From assembly GCF_000010625.1 (NCBI RefSeq), contig NC_010296.1:5070001-5102000 (forward strand): a DNA stretch of 32,000 bases, written 5' to 3'. The notes below the pieces were generated by a model. It worked only from the letters and a program-made list of their open reading frames with translations. It was not told where the DNA came from and did not search any database. Position 1 is the stretch's first letter, and each line of letters starts with the position of its first letter. The translations under genes were made by a program, and so were the position numbers. The DNA comes from Microcystis aeruginosa NIES-843. Lineage in GTDB: Bacteria; Cyanobacteriota; Cyanobacteriia; Cyanobacteriales; Microcystaceae. This document shows positions 1-9,870 of this stretch, piece by piece.

Positions 1-1
1 T

Positions 2-112
2 GCACCCAATGGAACAGAATCTGAGGATCCCTCGGAAGAAGAACTCGTTATTGATATCATTGCCCAAACAGCCTATACCTGTTTGTTGGAAGAAGCTGTA
101 GCCAATTCATAA
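2..112 (+). CDS. 3' end of an ORF entering from upstream (partial, product unknown)
   Basis: Frame open from window edge to TAA 110-112 (...IAQTAYTCLLEEAVANS*); no motif recognised. Confidence 0.3.
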   Translation, partial: APNGTESEDPSEEELVIDIIAQTAYTCLLEEAVANS

Positions 113-228
113 CTATAGTTGAAACCACTACTACCAGAGTAGAGGCAACAGGAAAGCATCAACTTTCACCTAATGACTTTAAGTCTTTAAATTATCCAAT
201 CACTAACTAGACTATTGAGGATTAAATT

Positions 229-504
229 ATGTCCTGGGATTATCTCAACCGCTGTCTTAAGCAAGAAGCTAAAGCCGTAGGTAAAGGCATTATCAAAGAT
301 GTAACCCATATCAGCCATCTAGAAAACTGGGTAAAACACGTCGGTACACGGGCAGTTTGTAATGCTCTATCTTCTACTCTAGCTTATATGACGCAGCCAA
401 TCACTCTAAGCGATCGTGCTTATATGTCGCCCCAAGAACGAGATCTGGCCTATAAGAAAATGCGTGAAGATTTTGAAGGCTACAAACGTCGTTTAGGCTG
501 CTAA
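229..504 (+). CDS. hypothetical protein (91 aa)
   Basis: ATG ORF followed about 50 nt downstream by a hairpin plus T-run; no family recognised by eye. Confidence 0.5.
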   Translation: MSWDYLNRCLKQEAKAVGKGIIKDVTHISHLENWVKHVGTRAVCNALSSTLAYMTQPITLSDRAYMSPQERDLAYKKMREDFEGYKRRLGC

Positions 505-552
505 TAGTCTAAATTTAGATCTCTTAACTGAAGTTTACTTAATAATTTTTGA

Positions 553-578
553 GGCGCGTTTTTAACGTGCCTTTTTTC
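553..578 (+). terminator. Rho-independent terminator candidate
   Basis: GGCGCGTT-ttt-AACGTGCC stem (one G-T pair) followed by TTTTTT directly after the 229-504 ORF. Confidence 0.6.
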
Positions 579-893
579 AAAATTTTATTTAAACTTTGGC
601 GATCATAATTGACATTAATTCCTTGCATTTTCACGAGTGCGCTTAGGTGTCTCATGCCAACGATACTTTTAGCCAGCACAAAACCTACCCAGCAGCACAT
701 CAAGGTAAATGTACTTATGTAGGATAATCATTTTTGAGCAGTGGTTTGAGAAGCTCTTTCATTAGTTTTGGGAAAATTATAAGCCTAGCTTATTCACCCT
801 TATTAGTGTATATTTAATTTATGTTTTTATCTATAAAAGCAACTTTTGTATAACTTTTTTTCACGTTTGAAGATTTACCGCTTGCCAAAACCT

Positions 894-933
894 ATTATAG
901 CATTTATCTTAATGGTGAGGTACGAAGTTTTCC
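894..933 (+). repeat. 40-nt block resembling an IS630-type terminal inverted repeat (solo end), copy 1
   Basis: 34/40 identical to 15924-15963. About 22/30 match to the left TIR of the IS630 element at 9871 (TATAGCA...GAGGTAC). Confidence 0.4.
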
Positions 934-981
934 CCTTGTGGAGTCGGTCATCAATACCAAATTAGGTTACACTTCATCTCT

Positions 982-1320
982 ATGGGAAACGCTGTAAAAA
1001 TTATCGAGGTAGAAATTGAGGACTATAGCCTAAACACCAGCGATTCAAGCCCCTTTTCCACTGTTAACCCCCTTAACCCAGAGATTATGGATGCTTTTAG
1101 TCCCTTTCCCCCTGACTGGACAGAGAATGCTGTTCACGCCTACAATTTTTGTTGTCCTTACTGTGGGTCCAAAGCTAAAGAAGCTCAGGCCGTTTGGATC
1201 AATCGCCGCGCCCCTGTTTTAGGAGAAGATTCCCGTCGTAAATGGCAGGAATTCTATCATTGTCAATGCGATCGAGTTTGGTGGGCCTGGAGTAGCGATC
1301 GACCTGCGGAAAATAAGTAA
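982..1320 (+). CDS. conserved hypothetical Cys-rich (zinc-ribbon-like) protein
   Basis: 112-aa ORF with CCPYCGS...HCQCD cysteine pairs; 13 nt upstream of the next gene (operon-like). True start may be internal. Confidence 0.5.
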   Translation: MGNAVKIIEVEIEDYSLNTSDSSPFSTVNPLNPEIMDAFSPFPPDWTENAVHAYNFCCPYCGSKAKEAQAVWINRRAPVLGEDSRRKWQEFYHCQCDRVWWAWSSDRPAENK

Positions 1321-1333
1321 TTCTCAATCGGGA

Positions 1334-1837
1334 ATGGAAAATATGGCCGATGTCTATGTTTCTTGGGATGAATACCATCGTCTGATCGAAAAATTAGCAG
1401 TAAAAATCGATCATTCTGGTTGGCAATTTGCTCAGATTGTCTGTTTAGCTAAGGGAGGATTGCGCGTCGGTGACATTCTCTGTCGTCTTTTTCGTCAACC
1501 CCTAGCCATTCTCTACGCTGCTTCCTACGGGGGGCAAAATCATCAAATTCGGGGAGAATTAACTATTTCCTCGAATTTAGCCATGATCGAAGCCAAATTA
1601 AAGAGTCCCTTGTTATTAGTGGATGATTTAGTCGATTCGGGAATCACTCTCCAAAAAACCTCGATTTTGTTACGGGAAAAATACGGGATTACCAATATCA
1701 AAACTGCGGTGATCTGGTACAAAGCGGCATCAAGAATCAAACCTGACTATTATGTGGAATATTACCCCGATAATCCTTGGATTCATCAACCCTTCGAGCG
1801 TTACGAGTTAATTACACCCAAAGACCTCCTAAGCTAA
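1334..1837 (+). CDS. phosphoribosyltransferase (Gpt-like purine PRTase family)
   Basis: PRPP-binding motif LLLVDDLVDSGITL; size and layout (VSWDEY...AKGGL...IHQPFE) like xanthine-guanine PRTases. Confidence 0.8.
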   Translation: MENMADVYVSWDEYHRLIEKLAVKIDHSGWQFAQIVCLAKGGLRVGDILCRLFRQPLAILYAASYGGQNHQIRGELTISSNLAMIEAKLKSPLLLVDDLVDSGITLQKTSILLREKYGITNIKTAVIWYKAASRIKPDYYVEYYPDNPWIHQPFERYELITPKDLLS

Positions 1838-1882
1838 GACGTATTTAAACCGCTTATTCTTAGATTAGCCAAAGCTGAAAAA

Positions 1883-1954
1883 GTAGAGGCGAAGCATTCG
1901 GATAAAAAATCTACGGTTTCAGCAATAGGTTATGCCCGAATGCTTCGCCCCTAC
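1883..1954. repeat. long inverted repeat / stem-loop (REP- or terminator-like)
   Basis: GTAGAGGCGAAGCATTCGG (1883-1901) pairs with CCGAATGCTTCGCCCCTAC (1936-1954), 18/19 complementary, 34-nt loop; 45 nt after the PRTase stop. Confidence 0.6.
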
Positions 1955-2170
1955 AGTAGGCGATCGCCGCTCAAGATGCAAGGTTTTTGAGCCACTAGCT
2001 TGAAAATCTTGCAGCTGCTTCGCCAAATAGGCCCCCAAACCTCTTACCTCGTCTATATTTCACATTTATTCAGCAAAACTTAATTAGTATTCTTGTATTG
2101 TATTTGAGGGAAAACTCAGAAAAATTGCTAGAATGTTAGCCTGATTAATTAATTTTCCCCTCGATCGAGT

Positions 2171-4078
2171 ATGACTTTCTCCTCAGCCGCAGACTTTCAA
2201 GATGAATTTGATGTCATCGTCGTCGGGGCGGGCCATTCCGGCTGTGAAGCGGCCCTAGCTTGCGCCCGTCTCGGTTGTCGTACCCTTCTCCTCACTCTTA
2301 ATCTCGATAAAATCGCTTGGCAACCCTGTAACCCCGCCGTCGGTGGTCCGGCTAAATCCCAATTAACCCACGAAGTGGACGCTTTAGGCGGCGAAATTGG
2401 CAAAATGGCCGACCGCACCTATCTGCAAAAACGGGTTCTTAATGCCTCTCGCGGGCCGGCAGTCTGGGCCCTACGCGCCCAAACCGATAAACGGGAATAC
2501 GCGGCGGTGATGAAAGGTATCGTCGAAACCCAAGCCAATCTGGTTATTCGGGAAGCCATGGCCACAGACCTGATTTTAGGGGCAAATGAGCAAGTTTTAG
2601 GGGTAGAAACCTATTTCGGCACTTGTTTCGCCGCTAAAGCCGTCATTTTAACCACTGGCACTTTTTTAGGCGGCAAAATCTGGATCGGCGGCAAATCTAT
2701 GGCCGCCGGACGCGCGGGCGAATTTGCGGCGGTGGGTTTAACAGAAACCCTAAATCGTCTCGGATTCGAGACCGGTCGCCTAAAAACTGGCACTCCTGCC
2801 CGTGTGGATAAGCGTTCGGTGGATTACTCGCGCATGGAACCGCAACCGCCCGATGACGAGGTACGTTGGTTTAGTTTTGATCCAGAGGTGTGGATCGAAC
2901 GGGAACAAATGAACTGTCATCTCACCCGCACCACGGCGGCAACTCATCAATTAATCAGAGATAATTTACATTTATCCCCCATTTATGGCGGTTTTATTGA
3001 CTCCAAAGGGCCGCGTTATTGTCCCAGTATTGAGGATAAAATCGTCCGTTTTGCCGATAAAGAAAGTCATCAAATTTTTATTGAACCGGAAGGGCGCGAT
3101 ATTCCCGAACTTTATATCCAAGGCTTTTCAACGGGACTGCCGGAAAATGTTCAATTAGCAATGCTGCGGACTTTACCCGGTTTAGAAAACTGTGTGATGT
3201 TGCGTGCTGCCTATGCAGTGGAATACGATTATTTACCAGCAACTCAGTGTTATCCAACCCTGATGACGAAGAAGATTGAGGGATTATTTTGTGCGGGACA
3301 AATTAACGGGACAACCGGTTATGAAGAAGCGGCAGCCCAGGGACTGGTGGCGGGGATTAATGCGGCGCGGTTTGCTTTAGGAAAAGAGTTAATTGTTTTT
3401 CCCCGGGAGGAAAGTTATCTGGGAACTTTGGTCGATGATTTGTGTACTAAGGATCTGCGGGAACCCTATCGAATGTTAACCAGTCGTTCCGAATATCGCT
3501 TAGTATTGCGATCGGATAATGCCGATCAAAGATTAACACCTTTAGGGCGAGAAATTGGTTTAATTGATAACCGGCGTTGGCAATTATTCCAGAGCAAACA
3601 AGCTAATATTATCGCTGAAAAAGAACGCCTACACGAAACGAGAATTAAAGAACGGGATCAGGTGGCAATTGCCATCGTTAAGGATACAGAACAAAAAATC
3701 AAAGGTTCTCTCTCTTTAGCGGATTTACTGCGTCGTCCTAGCTTGCATTATCTCGATCTTGATCGTTATGGTTTAGGTAATCCCGATATAAATTTAGCCG
3801 AAAGAGAAGGGGTAGAAATTGAAATTAAATATTCCGGTTATCTGAAACGACAACAAAATCAAATTGACCAAATTAGTCGCCACAGTAACCGTCATTTATC
3901 CCCCGATATTGACTACATGAAAATCGAAACTTTGTCAATGGAATCGCGGGAAAAATTAACAAAAATTAAACCCGCCACCATCGGTCAAGCCTCCCGAATT
4001 GGCGGAGTCAATCCAGCCGATATTAACGCTTTGTTAGTGTATTTAGAAATGCGGCAGATGTCAGCAGTTAAAAGTTAG
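2171..4078 (+). CDS. mnmG: tRNA uridine 5-carboxymethylaminomethyl modification enzyme MnmG (GidA)
   Basis: 635 aa; N-terminal FAD fold [15 protein letters not shown]; full-length GidA-like sequence through C-terminal ...[14 protein letters not shown]. Confidence 0.97.
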   Translation: MTFSSAADFQDEFDVIVVGAGHSGCEAALACARLGCRTLLLTLNLDKIAWQPCNPAVGGPAKSQLTHEVDALGGEIGKMADRTYLQKRVLNASRGPAVWALRAQTDKREYAAVMKGIVETQANLVIREAMATDLILGANEQVLGVETYFGTCFAAKAVILTTGTFLGGKIWIGGKSMAAGRAGEFAAVGLTETLNRLGFETGRLKTGTPARVDKRSVDYSRMEPQPPDDEVRWFSFDPEVWIEREQMNCHLTRTTAATHQLIRDNLHLSPIYGGFIDSKGPRYCPSIEDKIVRFADKESHQIFIEPEGRDIPELYIQGFSTGLPENVQLAMLRTLPGLENCVMLRAAYAVEYDYLPATQCYPTLMTKKIEGLFCAGQINGTTGYEEAAAQGLVAGINAARFALGKELIVFPREESYLGTLVDDLCTKDLREPYRMLTSRSEYRLVLRSDNADQRLTPLGREIGLIDNRRWQLFQSKQANIIAEKERLHETRIKERDQVAIAIVKDTEQKIKGSLSLADLLRRPSLHYLDLDRYGLGNPDINLAEREGVEIEIKYSGYLKRQQNQIDQISRHSNRHLSPDIDYMKIETLSMESREKLTKIKPATIGQASRIGGVNPADINALLVYLEMRQMSAVKS

Positions 4079-4260
4079 GAAATAATTCTGATTATCAGCG
4101 ATCGAGAGTTATCATCGGCTGCTTAATTAAGTAGCTGGTTATAATTAAATTAAAAATGGATTTTAGGTTCGATCCCCCCTGCCCCCCTTGATAAGCTATC
4201 CATTAGTCACATCTTTCTTAACATAAAATTTGACAAAAAGAGAAAAGTGTGCCAGATGGC

Positions 4261-5670
4261 TCAAGGGGGTTCTATAGGGGGACTAATTTGATGAGATAGT
4301 TTCCAAGTCTGGCTGATATCATGTAACCTTCGCAGTCCCAACCAAATAGTTTTAACACCAGGTTCACCGTCACCTTTTCTACCTAAAAACCCCCCAAGAG
4401 AAGCAATCATTCTGACCGCTTCTCGAAAGGAGGGCGGCTTTTCAGGTGGCGGACTCTTTTTATGAATAGTGGCACACAAAGATTGCCATTCATGTTCTTC
4501 CAAAAAACTTTCACAACTCTCCTCTCCGTGTAAGCGTGCTTGATAGGTTAACCAAAGTAATCTCCAAGCTACAATTGAATAGGTAGCTAAGGCCATCTCA
4601 ATTCTCCTACCCGTTTCTAATTGCAGTTTTTCTAATCCACAACCACTTTTTAAAACAAAATGATAGCGTTCTATTAACCAGCGATAACTATACCAGCGCA
4701 CACAGGTTATCGCTGATTCAAAGCTACTAATGTCTAGGCTAGTTAAGAGCAGCCAACTGATAGGATTAACTCCGCTATGCGGATTTTCTTCTTCAGCTAA
4801 AATTACCTGTAATTTGACCGGTTGACGAGGGGTCGCCTTGGAGTGATGGCTAGGTACTTGTATTTCAAAACTGGCAAATCTAACTGTTAGTTTAGCTAGT
4901 CTAGCCTCGTGATTAGGATTGCGTTTTACTTGCACATCTAAGGTCCCACAGGCTTTTATTTCTCTGATGGATTGATGTAAATATTTAGGCTCTGAATGCC
5001 CTGACCTTTGCTTGTCTTCGAGATAGTTAACTTTTCGGTTATGAGTTCCTCGAATTAATAAATGAGAGTTAGGACTTCTTGATTGGGCAAATAAATCAAA
5101 TATGTCTGCCTCACAATCTCCGATTGTTACTACTTGAATATCTTCGGGTATCTGTTGTTGTGTTTCTGACAAAGAATCTAACCATCTTTGACTTTCTTTT
5201 TCTTGGGTTTCTCTTTTTTTGCGTTGCTTGGCAATCCCTAAATTCTTTTCTTCTCTTGCCCAGACATATTGATTAATCAGTCCTAAAGGTATTCCGACTG
5301 GGGACACTCCTAAGGTGGTATGAACTTTGAGACCAAAGGATTTTTTATAATCTAGATAACCCATGCCTTTTTTGGCTTTTTGCGTCGTAAAGTCTAAACT
5401 TGTTGTGTCTTGCACTGCCAAAACTATTGGATGTTCTTTGATTCTTTCTACTGTACTTTTGGCCTGGGCGGCAATTATATCTGAGGGGTGAAAATAGGGG
5501 GAATTCCAAAAGTCGTAGGTGGCACTCGCTGCGGCTAGATTTCCTGAAGCTTGTGGCACACTTGTACTAGGTTGACTGGCCAAGTTTTCCACGATACTGA
5601 TTAACCTTTTCTTTCTTCTGGTGTCCCCTAGGTCTGCATACTGTAATTCTTGGGCTGCCCATTTCTCCAT
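4261..5670 (-). CDS. IS4-family DDE transposase
   Basis: DTTSLDF and GDCEADIFDLF acidic motifs plus YSYRWLIERYHFVLK (Y-2-R-3-E-6-K signature). Start placed at MEKWAAQELQYADLGDTRRKKRL (ATG 5670); the longer TTG-started track ORF looks like over-extension. Confidence 0.85.
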   Translation of the reverse strand: MEKWAAQELQYADLGDTRRKKRLISIVENLASQPSTSVPQASGNLAAASATYDFWNSPYFHPSDIIAAQAKSTVERIKEHPIVLAVQDTTSLDFTTQKAKKGMGYLDYKKSFGLKVHTTLGVSPVGIPLGLINQYVWAREEKNLGIAKQRKKRETQEKESQRWLDSLSETQQQIPEDIQVVTIGDCEADIFDLFAQSRSPNSHLLIRGTHNRKVNYLEDKQRSGHSEPKYLHQSIREIKACGTLDVQVKRNPNHEARLAKLTVRFASFEIQVPSHHSKATPRQPVKLQVILAEEENPHSGVNPISWLLLTSLDISSFESAITCVRWYSYRWLIERYHFVLKSGCGLEKLQLETGRRIEMALATYSIVAWRLLWLTYQARLHGEESCESFLEEHEWQSLCATIHKKSPPPEKPPSFREAVRMIASLGGFLGRKGDGEPGVKTIWLGLRRLHDISQTWKLSHQISPPIEPP

Positions 5671-5753
5671 TTTTTTGCTTACCTCCACCTTATACCATTT
5701 TTCAAAAAGTATGTCATACTTGGTAAAGGTATAGTTTGTGTGGTAAAAAGGCA

Positions 5754-6824
5754 ATGAGTGGAGTCCCTAATATTAATGTTGCTGAGTCAGTAGAAGACTT
5801 AAAATCCTTGTTGAAGCAACAAGTAACCTCTTTAAACTTTGCTAAAGTACAATCCCTGTATCTACTAAAAATTAAGGAGGTAGAAACGGTTCGTCATCTC
5901 GCCGTGTTAATAGGACGCTCAGAAAGAACTATTCATCGCTGGTTAAGTTGTTATCGAGAAGGAGGGATAGAAAATCTCTTGTCAGAACCAGAAAAACTGG
6001 GAAGACCCAAAAAGATTTCAGTGGAAGAAGCCGCTCTAATTCAGAATGAATTAAAAGACCCAGAAGGATTTCAAAGTTATAAAGAAATTCATTTTTGGGT
6101 ATCAATTATTTTAGAAATACCCACCAGTTATATAACTGTTTACCGTCTCGTAAGAAATGAATTACAAGCTAAATTAAAAGTGGCTCGACCTCAAAATTTA
6201 AAACAATTACCAGGAGAAGTAAAAATATTCCAAAATAATCTATCTGAACAGCTACAAGCTTTACTAGAAAAGGAATCTGAAAAAGTTAGTCAATATTTAA
6301 AAGTCCGCTTCTGGTGTCAAGATGAAAGTCGCTTCGGCTGTCATACCATTGTCAGAGATAAAATAACAATTAAAGGCATAAAGCCCCTTGGTAATTTTCA
6401 GTATAATTTTCAATATCTCTGGCTCTATGGTTTAATAGAACCTCGAACAGGTAGCAGTTTTTTCTATGAATTTTCTCATTTAGATGGGGAATGTTTTAAT
6501 CAATATTTAACGCTTTTTTCTCAAGCTTTTTCTGAGGAATTACATATTATTCAATTAGATAATGCTCCCGCACATACGGCGACCGACCTAGAAATACCTG
6601 ATAATATTATCCTATTTTATCAACCTCCCTATTGTCCAGAAGTAAATCCAATTGAGAGAGTTTGGCTATATTTGAAAAACCTATTGGCCTGGGGCAATTT
6701 TAACTCCCTTGATAACTTAAGAAGTAAACTTTACCATCTTTTAAATTCTCTATCCAATGACACGATCGGGTATTTGACGGGATGGTCTTGGATTTTAGAA
6801 GCTCTATGTCTGTCAGGAATTTAG
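5754..6824 (+). CDS. IS630-family (Tc1/mariner-like) transposase, nested inside the IS4 leader
   Basis: HTH N-terminus (RTIHRWL), DDE_3 motifs QDESRFG, LDNAPAHT, PPYCPEVNPIERVW. Element ends only approximately placed (about 5695-6860). Confidence 0.85.
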   Translation: MSGVPNINVAESVEDLKSLLKQQVTSLNFAKVQSLYLLKIKEVETVRHLAVLIGRSERTIHRWLSCYREGGIENLLSEPEKLGRPKKISVEEAALIQNELKDPEGFQSYKEIHFWVSIILEIPTSYITVYRLVRNELQAKLKVARPQNLKQLPGEVKIFQNNLSEQLQALLEKESEKVSQYLKVRFWCQDESRFGCHTIVRDKITIKGIKPLGNFQYNFQYLWLYGLIEPRTGSSFFYEFSHLDGECFNQYLTLFSQAFSEELHIIQLDNAPAHTATDLEIPDNIILFYQPPYCPEVNPIERVWLYLKNLLAWGNFNSLDNLRSKLYHLLNSLSNDTIGYLTGWSWILEALCLSGI

Positions 6825-6927
6825 AAAAATGGTATTAATTCCTTCTTTCAAAACTATACCTATCAATCGTTTCCCCTTTTTTTAAGTTTCTTCTCTTTTT
6901 GTTAAGAAAGATCCGACTAATGGATAG

Positions 6928-7100
6928 CCTTGATAAGGGGGGTGCCGATAGGCGGGGGGATCCCCCTTGATAAGGGGGGTGCCGATAGGCGGGGGGATCC
7001 CCCTTGATAAGGGGGGTGCCGATCCCCCCTTAGTCCCCCCTTGATAAGGGGGGTGCCGATCCCCCCTTAATCCCCCCTTGATAAGGGGGGTGTCTGATAA
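6928..7100. repeat. tandem array of five 37-bp units, each with the CCCCTTGATAAGGGGGG hairpin core
   Basis: Cores start at 6928, 6965, 7002, 7039 and 7076 (exact 37-bp period). Unit is CCTTGATAAGGGGGGTGCCGAT plus a short variable tail. Confidence 0.8.
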
Positions 7101-7114
7101 TTTTTAACGCCTAC

Positions 7115-7725
7115 CTAATTAGCAGACCCAATCAAAATAAAGGGCGACCAAAAGAAAGGATGGCTTTTAATTTGACTCAATTTGGCCTTTTGCATGGCTT
7201 CACTTTTACTCATACCATTCTTGAGATTCTGATAAAATTGGGTCATAATTTCCGCACTGGTATTATCTTCAGCATTCCAAAGACTGGCAATTACTGATTT
7301 AGCACCGGCTCTTTCTAAGACGTAAGCAAGTCCTGAAATTTCCTGACCGTCTGCGTTGGCTTCCTTGGCGGTTTGACAAGCACTCAGGGTGATTAATTCG
7401 GTATTTTTTAAGCCTAATAATGCGGCATCAGCGATGTTATATTGCTCTTTATTGGCGAAAAGAATAGTATTAGCTTGCATACCCAAATTAGGACAGCCAG
7501 CAAGATTAAAGCATCCATGAGTTCCTAAGTGTAAAATCGAGAAGCGAAAGGCTTGTTTTTTGAATATATCTAGAGTTGCGTTTATACCGAGATATTTTTC
7601 ACTTCCTGGAAAGATTTTGCTGATAGTTTCTGCTTCTATTTCTGTGCCTTTAAGTTCTTCTTGGGTGGGTTTAGGGTTAGCAAATGCTAGGCCTTGTAAG
7701 GGTTTTCTTTCGGTCGCGGGAGGGG
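7115..7725 (-). pseudogene. TPR-CHAT protein, C-terminal fragment (CHAT peptidase core)
   Basis: Hand translation is open from 7725 to TAG 7115-7117: ...LQGLAFANP...FSILHLGTHG...ITLSACQTA...HPFFWSPFILIG. His and Cys dyad context typical of CHAT. Separated from the upstream part by a MITE. Confidence 0.8.
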
Positions 7726-7727
7726 TA

Positions 7728-7814
7728 AGCTAAACGGCGCTTAACCTGCATGATCCAACAGCTATAACCCTTTTGGAGTCTATATCGGTGATCCGAAGTA
7801 AAAGCCGTTTAGCT
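7728..7814 (-). mobile_element. 87-bp MITE (family S, TIR AGCTAAACGGC), copy 1
   Basis: Reverse complement reads identical to 22636-22722 and 23380-23466. 11-bp perfect TIRs; TA on both flanks (7726-27, 7815-16). Confidence 0.85.
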
Positions 7815-7816
7815 TA

Positions 7817-9870
7817 GATGTGGAGATGCGAGTTAAATAATAAATTGGATATTTTTCTAGGAGAACTTGGTCATTTTTCTTATCGTAGAGAGTTTCAAAG
7901 GGAATATAGCGCAGTTGTCCGGTAGCGATGATGGCGATATTTTTCGGGGAACTGGTGGCGATTTGGGACTCAATGGGACGGATTAAAATCTCGTATAATT
8001 TACTACCAGTAACGAGGTAGTCGGCATTTTTATAGTCGGCTAATTGGGTACGGTATTGACTGACAAGTTGATTAAAATCATCGGCTTTTGCATCGCTTTG
8101 GATAACGGTTAGTTTGTCTCTGGTAATAAGGAATAAGGTGGCTTTATTGCCTAAGAGAACGGGTTGAATAACGAGGGTATCAGGAGCGATATTTTTCTGG
8201 AGTTGGGCGATGTCGGTGGGTTTACTTTCAAAAAGTTCAGCAATTTCGGGATATTTCTGTCCGATAGTTTCCGCATTTTTATACACTTTCTCCTCGAATT
8301 GTCGGATATCTTTTGCTAGTTCTTCCGAGTATTTATCCTGTAGTTGTCGGCGCATTCCTTCGAGTTGTTGATTGTCGGTGTTCCAGTTATCAAGTGCTTT
8401 TTGTGCATCGAGATCAGCAACTTTCGCATTAATCAGGCGATTGTAATCGGCGAGATCGGCAGTAGTGGCGAGGTTAAGCCATTGAAAGGCTTTTTCTGGT
8501 TGATTTTGCTGGATGAGGATTGTGGCGAGAGTGATGACGGTTTTCTCATTAGAGGCTAAAAACGATTTTCGATTTTGACCTGCAATATTTTCCCTCGAAA
8601 TATCTCCCCGTATCTTGAGGATAATGTTGAGGGACTCTTCCAAATTCTTGATCGCTTCTGCGGGTTGATTTATCTTTTGATAAGCAACTCCTAAATTATT
8701 TAAAGAATTAGCTTCCCCTTGTAGATCGCCGATTTTCCTCGCTATGGCTCGATTCTCTTGATGGTAATCGATCGCTTTCTGATATTGTCCGAGGGAAAGA
8801 TAAGCACTTCCTAAATTGCCTAAAGAATCGGCTTCCCCTTTTAGATCGCCTATTTTCTTCGCAATGTCTAAAGTCTGTTTAAGGTAATCGATCGCTTTTT
8901 CGTACTCTCCGAGGAAGTAGTGAGCAACTCCTAAATTGTTTAAAAAAGACCCTTCCTCTTGCCGAAGGCCTATGTCCCTCGTGATGACTAAAGACTTTTC
9001 GTAGAGATCGATCGCTTTTTGATACTCTCCACGCGATTGGTAAGCGTTTCCTAAATTGCCTAAAGATCTGGCTTTACTTCCTTGATCGCCGATTTTCTCA
9101 GCGATTTCTAAAGACTGCTGGTGGTAATCGATCGCTTTTTGGTATTGTCCGAGGGATTGGTAAACGTTTCCTAAATTGCCTAAAGAATTGGCTTCCCCCT
9201 GACGATCGCCTATTTTCTTCGCAATGTCTAAAGACTGCTGGTGGTAATTGATAGCTTTTTGGTACTGTCCTAGTAAGTGGTAATTAAGTCCTAAATTGTT
9301 TAAAGAACTGGCTTCCCCAGAACGATCATCTAACTCCCTCGTGATGTCTAAAGACTGCTGATGGTAATTGATCGCTTTTTGATACTCTCCACGCGATTGG
9401 TAAGCGTTTCCTAAATTGTTTAAAGAGGCCGCTTCCCCCTGTCGATCTTTAATCTCCCTCCTGATGTCTAAAGACTGCTGATGGTAATTGATCGCTTTTT
9501 GATACTCTCCACGCGATTGGTAAGCGTTTCCTAAATTGTTTAAAGAGGCCGCTTCCCCCTGTCGATCTTTAATCTCCCTCCTGATGTCTAAAGACTGCTG
9601 ATGGTAATCGATCGCTGTTTGATACTCTCCACGCGATTGGTAAGCGTTTCCTAAATTGTTTAAAGAATTGGCTTCTCCTTGGCGATTAACTATCTCCCTG
9701 TTAATGACTAAAGACTTTTCGTGGAGATCGATCGCTTTCTGATATTGTCCGAGGGAACTGTAAGCGTTTCCTAAATTGTCTAAAGAAGCGGCTTCTCCTT
9801 GGCGATTTTTGATTTCTTGATAAATTTGTAAGGCTTTTTCCCACGATTGCAAGGCTTCTCGAAACTGACT
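7817..9870 (-). pseudogene. TPR-CHAT protein, central fragment (long TPR array plus N-part of CHAT domain)
   Basis: Part of track ORF 7780-9921. Repeated 40-aa units ...GEAxSLNNLGNAYQSxGxYQKAIxYHQQSLxI... The first 17 codons and last 11 codons of the track ORF derive from IS/MITE sequence. Confidence 0.85.

Larger units (their letters stand above)
4196..6927 (-). mobile_element. IS4-family insertion sequence carrying a nested IS630-family element
   Basis: 27-bp terminal IRs CTATCCATTAGTCACATCTTTCTTAAC (4196-4222) and its complement at 6901-6927 (25/27). 10-bp direct target duplication CCTTGATAAG (4186-4195, 6928-6937). Two transposase genes of different families lie inside. Confidence 0.75.
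4130..7119 (-). mobile_element. MITE family P (hairpin core CCCCCCTT-GAT-AAGGGGGG), expanded copy carrying an IS insertion
   Basis: Ends AGTAGCTGGTTAT... and ...CGCCTACCTAAT match the 100-bp copy at 18188-18287 in reverse orientation. TA on both flanks (4128-29, 7120-21). Interior holds the IS at 4196-6927 and five hairpin cores. Confidence 0.65.

Noticed and set aside
610-640. TTGACA hexamer at 610-615 as a -35 promoter element in the 505-980 non-coding gap
   Set aside because: No convincing -10 hexamer lies at 16-18 nt spacing. The site is too weak to call without transcription start data.
2197-2793. Antisense ORFs inside mnmG (2197-2418, 2611-2793)
   Set aside because: They are Arg/Pro/Ala-rich shadow ORFs opposite a high-confidence gene.
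5671-5754. N-terminal extensions giving overlapping divergent starts (IS4 ORF from TTG 5754; IS630 ORF from TTG 5736)
   Set aside because: Both extensions use TTG and add non-conserved sequence. Canonical ATG starts at 5670 (MEKWAAQEL...) and 5754 (MSGVPN...) fit family N-termini better.
6928-7100. Regularly spaced palindromic repeats at 37-bp period (also at 13812-13940) that look superficially like a CRISPR array
   Set aside because: The whole period is only 37 bp, leaving about 13 nt of non-unique spacer. The tails are of two recurring types related to the flanks. The array lies inside a TIR-bounded MITE, and no cas genes are present.
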